This document shows, piece by piece, positions 1 to 64,000 of a stretch of 64,000 nucleotides of DNA (position 1 is its first letter; every line of letters starts with the position of its first letter). The stretch is from the NCBI GenBank assembly GCA_964016885.1, contig OZ024746.1, forward strand, positions 23,560,001-23,624,000, in the 5' to 3' direction. The DNA comes from Eledone cirrhosa. Taxonomy: Eukaryota. The notes beneath the pieces were generated by a model that ran no database searches, was not told the origin of the DNA, and was given only the letters and a program-made list of their open reading frames with translations. Both the position numbers and the translations under genes were made by a program.

Positions 1-189
1 AACTCAGCTGAAAATGAGTACCAGCAGCAATAGCAGGTCGTTTAACCCTGTGATGGACTGGTGTCCTGTCCGAGGAGGAGTCTTGTACTCTCAGTTGCTA
101 TATGTTACAGAAACCGGGACAGGGCTTGAGACAGAACTTTTTTTTAGATAAAATGCACCCAGTACACTCTGTAAAGTGGTTGGTGTTAG

Positions 190-1030
190 GAAGGCATTTA
201 GCTGCAGGTCTACTTCTGGGTCTTCTGCTCATTGGCTTTGCCCATATAATCTATCAGCAATTCTATAGTACTGGAACTGTGATCTTTTAACTCAGAGAAG
301 TAGTGGTCCTTACTGGTTCACCACTTTGATTTCTGAGCTACACACTTTGAGTAACATGCACTAAAGACCTTTTGGAATAATCCCATTTTGGTTGCTTGTA
401 ATTGTATCCCTTTAAGTAAGGGTTGGCACAAACACCAAATTGAAGATAGCAAGTTTGGCTTTTACACTTACCTTCTCCTGATGACAGTGCTAAAGCTGGT
501 GTATTACTGTAACAGCTCCTGTAATTCTTGCATTTATATCAGCTTCCTGCGATCCATCACTTATGAAAATGACCCAGCTATCTGCACCAGTAAACTCCAC
601 TCATCTGCAGAGTGCACACAGTCTTCGTAGCACTGATTTTCTTTCCTACCGTGCAGCACTTGCCAGCAAACCTATCCGGTACATTTTGGAAATCACCTAA
701 TGATTTTAGTTCCATGGCATCTGCAAATTCCAGCCGACTGATCCTACATCTGCCAATTTTTGTACCACTTACAACCTGGCTGGGAATATCAATCTTGTTC
801 ATGAAAATAATGAGGTGACGATGTACCCTTGTCTGACACTCACATTGAATGGTTTCAACTTAGCTCCATTTACCTAAACACTTACTCTGGCATTCATATA
901 GAGAGGCCCAGCGATCCCATACTACTGCAGAACCTTCAACAACAAATCCTAAGGTCGTTTCCATTTTCAAGGTCCATAAAACAAGCATACACCTCTTGGC
1001 ACTACTAACACATTTTATGGAAGACCTACA
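190..1030 (-). mobile_element. Decayed RTE-like LINE RT fragment
   Basis: Minus-strand remnants VYACFMDLE and ISRLEFADA (RT motifs), broken by stops and frameshifts. Confidence 0.55.
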
Positions 1031-1714
1031 CTGTCACAAAGGAATCAGATATTGTCTTCGAACATATATGTGCAGGCATGGTTGTGTGGTTAAGGAGTTT
1101 GTTTTAGTGGCTCGACAAAAAGGAGATCAAGTACCATACTTGAAAAATTAAGTGCTGGTCAAGGCCAGACTTTCACCTGAGTTATATGAAATTTGAAGCC
1201 CTTTCCTAAAAATGTTCAGGTAAAAACATTTATATTAACGGTAATGATAAAGAATAAATTACATATATATATATACAAATGAAAAACGGAGTTAAAAACT
1301 CGCGTTAATACTCTGTAATTAATGAGCTCAAAGTATGAGAACTGGGCTCTTTACAATATAATGTATAGAAATAAACACATAAAGAAGTGTGTTTTGAATT
1401 ACATGGGTTGAAAACCACTTTGGTGCAATGCATATACCGTATTTCCCGGCGCCGAAGACGCTTCGTCCTCGAGGGCGCACCCTAATTTTGACAACCTATC
1501 ATCTTTACATTTCATCCTTACAGGGTCTATAAAATAAAGTATCAGTAATACACTGGGATAATTGCTGGCCTTGTGCCAAAAGTAGAAACAATTATGTATT
1601 GTCCGTTTTTTCGTTGATTATATGCATTGCACCAGGGTGGTTCTTCAACCCATGTACTGCAAAACACTTCTTTGTGTGTTTATTTCTATATATATATATA
1701 TGTGTTTATGTATG

Positions 1715-3832
1715 TATAGATTGGATACTGAGGTTGTATGAATGTAACAAAACGAGACATGGTTTGTGTGTATAATATTTAATTAACAATGGTAGATAGT
1801 ATAGTTGACATGTCAATAGGAATAGATGTTAGAATGAAACAAAGTTAGTAGTTACCGTTTTGATTGCCAGGCAAACGCGGCTGGCAGAGGACGCCTGGCT
1901 AAGGCCAGGCGTCTGTTGGCCAAATTAATGGCGGAGCCAAATGAGAGGCTCTTGGGTTGGTGCCGAAAAGGCAATGAGAGAAAGGAAGCTTAAAGTTGTT
2001 AGTTTTATAGGGCTCTGACCGGAAGTTGCAGAAAGGGTTCCACTTCCCATCTAGATCCCAATCAAAACAAGGGAGACAACCGCTACATAACCTCCCGCCA
2101 GAATTTTAGTGTATAAAAATCGAAATGAAAATATGTAGCAAGTTGGCGAGAATGTTGTAACAGGCATGAAAATTACGACAAAAGAATGTTTGGAAAAATC
2201 AATGATAGATATCAAGGTAGCCAACCGCTCTTGGCCAGAGAACGACTGGACATCCATCTATCCATCACCCAAAGATACAATGTAATAAAGTAAAAGTAAT
2301 AGAAGAGCTCAAAGTTCAAAATATAGTTCACAGGTGTGCAATCACATGACAGCAGGAAAGAAAGTGTGTTCCAGAGAATGAATGCAGGTGGTTTCTGTTC
2401 TGTGGTATATCGTGAATTTTCCAACCTCCGAATGGATTTTCTCACAGGAAGAGTGCTGCAAAAATGAATTCTCTGGCTTTGGTGAAGCTGTATTGATGTA
2501 TTGCTGTTGCTGTTATATTGCTGTTGCTGCTGCTGTTGTCTCGCTGAGTGAGCGTATTCGGTGTTTAAATTCACAGTAAAAAAATTTTTTTTAGAAAAAA
2601 TGAGTTGCGCAAAGTGCTAGAAATAGCAGCCGAAGTTGATGGTCGATGTTGAGAATGCGTTGACCTGGAAGGGTCAAGAGGCCAGCGACCAGAGAAATAA
2701 GCATTCTTAATAAATGCGCGGTTATCAACGGTAAATTTACATTGTAAATTTATAAACCGGCAAATAGAAGAATATAGCTTAAGGCTGAAGAATCCCTGGT
2801 GAGAAATGTTATCTCTGGCGTGCGGCTGTCTGTGAGTAGAGACATCTCTGTGAATCGAGAATTTGTGCTGCCTACACGTGCCAATACAAGGTTGAAAAAA
2901 ATAATATTTCTAACGCGCGAGAAAATGATAGTGCAATTTTGAAAGTGACAATGATGAAAAAGAAAGGCTTCACTCAGCATAATTATTGGTGTGAACTTTG
3001 GGAAAAAAAACAAAAAAAACTTGAACGATGAAGAAAACGATGAACAAAAAGGCAATGGTTCATCGAAAATAAATGTTCCTGTTGAAATGTTTTTTAAAGA
3101 ATATCAAATTTCTTTTTTTTTTTTTGTGTGTTTTGAAAGAGTTCGTTGTAAGAAACGAGAAACATATATATATATCGTGAAATGTTTTTTTGTTTTGAAA
3201 GTGTTCGTTGTAAGAAACGAGAAACATATATATATATATTGGTGAAATGCGACAGTTAATTGATGCGTGAGAGAAAAAGTATGTCTGTGCGAATTCCACA
3301 TGTGCGTGTGTGCGTGTCCTTGAGTATTTTCATAGTTTGTCGCTAAATTTGCTGTGTATTCGTAATGTTACTCACAAAACCAGATGTGTTATTTTTTCTT
3401 TTTTTTTGGGGGGGGGGGGGGGGTGACCACTTATAGCGATGAACGGCTGCGTGTTCGTATCACGTCGGGGTCACCAATATAGATTGGATACTGAGGTTGT
3501 ATGAATGTAACAAAACGAGACATGGTTTGTGTGTATAATATTTAATTAACAATGGTAAATAGTATAGTTGACATGTCAATAGGAATAGATGTTAGAATGA
3601 AACAAAGTTAGTAGTTACCGTTTTGATTGCCAGGCAAACGCGGCTGGCAGAGGACGCCTGTTGGCCAAATTAATGGCGGAGCCAAATGAGAGGCTCTTGG
3701 GTTGGTGCCGAAAAGGCAATGAGAGAAAGGAAGCTTAAAGTTGTTAGTTTTATAGGGCTCTGACCGGAAGTTGCAGAAAGGGTTCCACTTCCCGTCTAGA
3801 TCCCAATCAAAACAAGGGAGACAACCGCTACA
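1715..3832 (-). mobile_element. Non-autonomous LTR retrotransposon (Ty3/gypsy-type, tRNA-Trp primed)
   Basis: Direct repeats at 1715-2087 and 3478-3832. On the minus strand the LTR reads TGTAG...CTATA, the PBS TGGTGACCCCGACGTGAT (3459-3476) is complementary to the tRNA-Trp 3' end, and a purine-rich tract GGCGGGAGG precedes the 3' LTR. 4-bp TSD TATG. No intact internal ORF. Confidence 0.9.
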
Positions 3833-5269
3833 TATGTATCTCCGGGGAAACGCCTTCTCCATTCTGTCCGCCGGGGCTGTGGGGAGGCCACCGATATGAT
3901 TGACTGACTTGTCATTTTATCAGTCAGATACACATATATATATACTGATTAATTTTTTTAGGAATGTATAATTGTGGGATACAATTGCTCCAAGAAGGGA
4001 TTGTTTTACAATTAAGAAATGAATACTATTCGTTGGAATTTGTATATTATGATTTAGTGTTAAAACTAACGATAAAATTATAATATATATTTAAAAAATA
4101 CGGCCCTCGAGACTGACCCCTAAGCTGGGTTTGATATGATTGACTAAAACTCCATATACTGTGGTGCTCCAGCATGGCCGCAGTCATATGACTGAAAACA
4201 GTAAAATGGATAAAACTTTATTAAAAAAACTGTAAGAATGAGGTGGTTATATAAATTTGGTTGTTTGTTGAGCTGAGAATGATGTGTAACGTAATTTGTT
4301 AAGGAGCAGAAAAGAGGAAAACAATTATATGTCCACCTTTCCATACTGACATGGGTTGGTCAGCACATTAAGAGGCAGTGTTTTATGACCTTTCCTGATG
4401 TCAACAATTTTAGTCACCTCTTCCAACACGAAAGGATATGGTGTACCTATTCTAAATACCAGGATACACATCCACGAGTGTATCAAATCTCCATTGGTTC
4501 ATATAAAGTGTTCCAGTTGTTTAACCAACAAAACCTGTTTGTGAAATTAATGAGCCGGAGGATGAGAATCCCACAGGCACGTGTATTCATAACGTAGTTC
4601 TCAGACTAGAACAACATGAAATAGAGTGTCTTGCTCCAGGACACCACGGGCCGCCGCGAATAGAAGTCATACCTTTGCGATCGTCAGCTGAACACCTAAC
4701 CACCCATGCCTTATAATAAATGAATTTAATCTCCTCGTCCGGTACCACATGAAACTGTATCAACAAGATATTCTTGAAAAGTATAAATAAACACTAAGAC
4801 TGCATCGCATTAAAAATTAAAGCATGTACTCTAATTATACAAATTTTCATAAAGATCTGTCCAGTAGTAGAAAAGTAAAACAAAACATGCTTTTAGATAC
4901 TTTCTACTAAATCATTGCAGGATAGAGTTAAAATGACACCATCGAAAAGTATAAAATCGCACTGAGTGCATCACATAAAAAATGAAGTCTGAACTCCAAT
5001 ACAGCAAATTTTCACAACGATCTGTCCACTAGTAAAGATGCTATAAATACATTAACAAACCTATTTTTTGATATTTTCTCTTAAATCATTACAGCGGAGC
5101 GGAATTGGTTGCTCGCAGGTGCGAGCCTCGTATAGTGTAGTGGCTGCACTAGAGTGTCTCCCTCGCCGCCCTCCGGGACATTGTCTTTCCCATCGTGAGT
5201 TGGACGGCATATTAGGGCAGGCATTAAGGGAAAACTAGAACCAGCGAAAGCCAGCAGCAGGATTTGAAG

Positions 5270-5670
5270 TGTTATTACTGGGGTAATTACAGAAAGAATA
5301 CGATTGCGAATACAATCGACCGAAATGGGGTTCCTCCGAAGGGTCTCTATTCGATAGAGTGCGTAGTTCGAAGATTAGAGTGTCGCTCCAGGTAGAACAG
5401 CTGCTTATACGAATTGAGAGATGACAGCTCCGATACTATAGGCATGTGGTTAGAATGTATCAGGAAAGAATAGCTGGACAGATTTTACGGGCAAAACCAG
5501 CCAACAGGACACCCAAGGGTTGACTCCGAGCAAGATTCCTGGATAACATCCATAAGCCTGGTTGGTCTCGCTTGGGGAAATGGTTTTTTTCTGCTGGACT
5601 CACTGGAAGGAGTGTTTGAAGACTCTGCCCCACTGATCATCTCAGGAATACGTAGACGAAGAAGAATTTA
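5270..5670 (+). mobile_element. RTE-like LINE 3' fragment
   Basis: RIQSTEMGFLRR...DRVRSSKIR...QLRYYRHVVRM remnants. Confidence 0.65.
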
Positions 5671-5785
5671 TCATCAATTAACGTCAAGAGTTACAGCGTT
5701 AGAAATGGGAACGAGATTTAAAAGTATATGAGTTATGTCCCTTTGATCAACGCCGCTATTCGTTATTTTGAGTTATTTGAAGTAA

Positions 5786-62678
<56,893 letters not shown>

Positions 62679-62710
62679 ATTGTTTGTTTAATTATTTTTC
62701 TTTTTGACAC

Positions 62711-62716
62711 AATAAA
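62711..62716 (+). promoter_or_regulatory. Candidate polyadenylation signal AATAAA
   Basis: About 32 nt after the stop codon; AT-rich context lowers specificity. Confidence 0.4.
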
Positions 62717-64000
62717 AATAATCATACTATCATCATCATCATGGTTTTTACATCCACTTTAAAAAAGAAAAAATATATAGAAATTTAATCACAATTACTC
62801 ATTTAATCAGTTTAAACGTTGGTATAGCGCTAGAAAACTACGACAGACTGGGGGAAGTATCTAATACTTCTTACAGTTGGTAATCAAAAAGCAAGATAAC
62901 ACAGAGATAAGTGAATATAAAAATAAAATAAAATAAAATAAAATAAAAAATGAAAAAAATTTAAAACAGGGAAGGCCAATGGAAGGAAGAATATATATTA
63001 TGTTTTTTTTTTCCATTTCTCTTCTTTTTTAACTCTCATCTTCCTTTCTATTTCTTCTCTCTCTCATTCAAGGACTAACATCTGAAATATTAAACTAATA
63101 TAATTTATCATTGTATTGTATTCCCATATATTTTTCATTATTGACTCATATTATATATATAATATAGTGTGAATGCTTGCTGTTTCAATGACTAGTTGCA
63201 GACTGTTAGCCAAAAGGACTCACGGTTGACTGGCCATATCATCAAGGGCATGGCTTGTCCATATAAGGGTATAAACTGTCCATCCAATTGTAAATTTTCT
63301 TTATAGGATGTTGCAGAAAAGTTTTAGAATGAATTGATTGTATTTTATATATATGAATACACATTCATACATTTTTATATATTTAGGGAATGGATGTGTG
63401 TGTAGATGTGTGTGTGTGGTCACCCAGAGGCTATAGTAAAACATAATTGCACAAGATGATGCATTGTGGGACTGAACCAAGAACCAACTGGTCATAAAGC
63501 AAACTCTTTAACCACCAAAGCACCAGACAGACAGACAGACACACTCATACATGGTTATGAGAAATCATTAAAATTAGTTTAAAGCTGGTCAGGCATTCCC
63601 CTTTATTCTGGTCGTCTTGTTTCTGCTTCATGTAAAAAAATTCCAAAAGTCTCCAGTTCTTTGTAGACACCATTAGTCACATCATTTACAATCTTGATAT
63701 TTTTGTCGACAATATTCTGTGAAATATCCATCTGTTCAGAACTTATTTGGTCTCTTTTTTCAATTATCTGTAATTTAAGAAAAAAAAAACCAAAAAAAAA
63801 ACCAACAAAACATTTTATTATATAGCAATTTTAAATGTAGTCATCCCAACGCAAATGACAATAATAATAGTTTATCACAGTAAATAATAAGTATTGTCAC
63901 TGAGTTCTCCACTTCTCTTTTCATGCCTTTGAAATGTGCATAATGGGATGATGTAATGGAATAAACTGATGTTGAATATTATATATATAAACACACACAC

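Noticed and set aside
3459-3476. tRNA-Trp gene
   Set aside because: Only the 3' 18 nt including CCA, adjacent to an LTR, so it is a primer binding site.

Overview
AT-rich, microsatellite-dense animal DNA. The repeat repertoire (RTE LINEs and SINEs with (ATG)n tails, tRNA-derived SINEs, (TA)n arrays) suggests a coleoid cephalopod, probably an octopod; this is an inference. I reconstructed one + strand gene by hand: 24 GT-AG coding exons from 5786 to 62678, all in frame, 784 aa, coiled-coil, CCDC175-like. The introns and upstream region contain RTE, CR1/L2, Tx1-like, CRE-like and R4/Dong-like LINE fragments, two Penelope-like (PLE) fragments, mariner-type MITEs and a non-autonomous LTR element with a tRNA-Trp primer binding site (PBS). 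The main unexplained signal is a set of about 10 hammerhead ribozyme (HHR) motifs. They sit in several unrelated short elements inserted into (TA)n, many with a fold-back (inverted arm + loop + direct arm + short tail) structure. The motifs include U3-A8 covariant cores and long stem-II extensions. Separately, (TA)n-centred snap-back duplications occur at retroelement 5' junctions. All coordinates were read manually and repeat boundaries are approximate.
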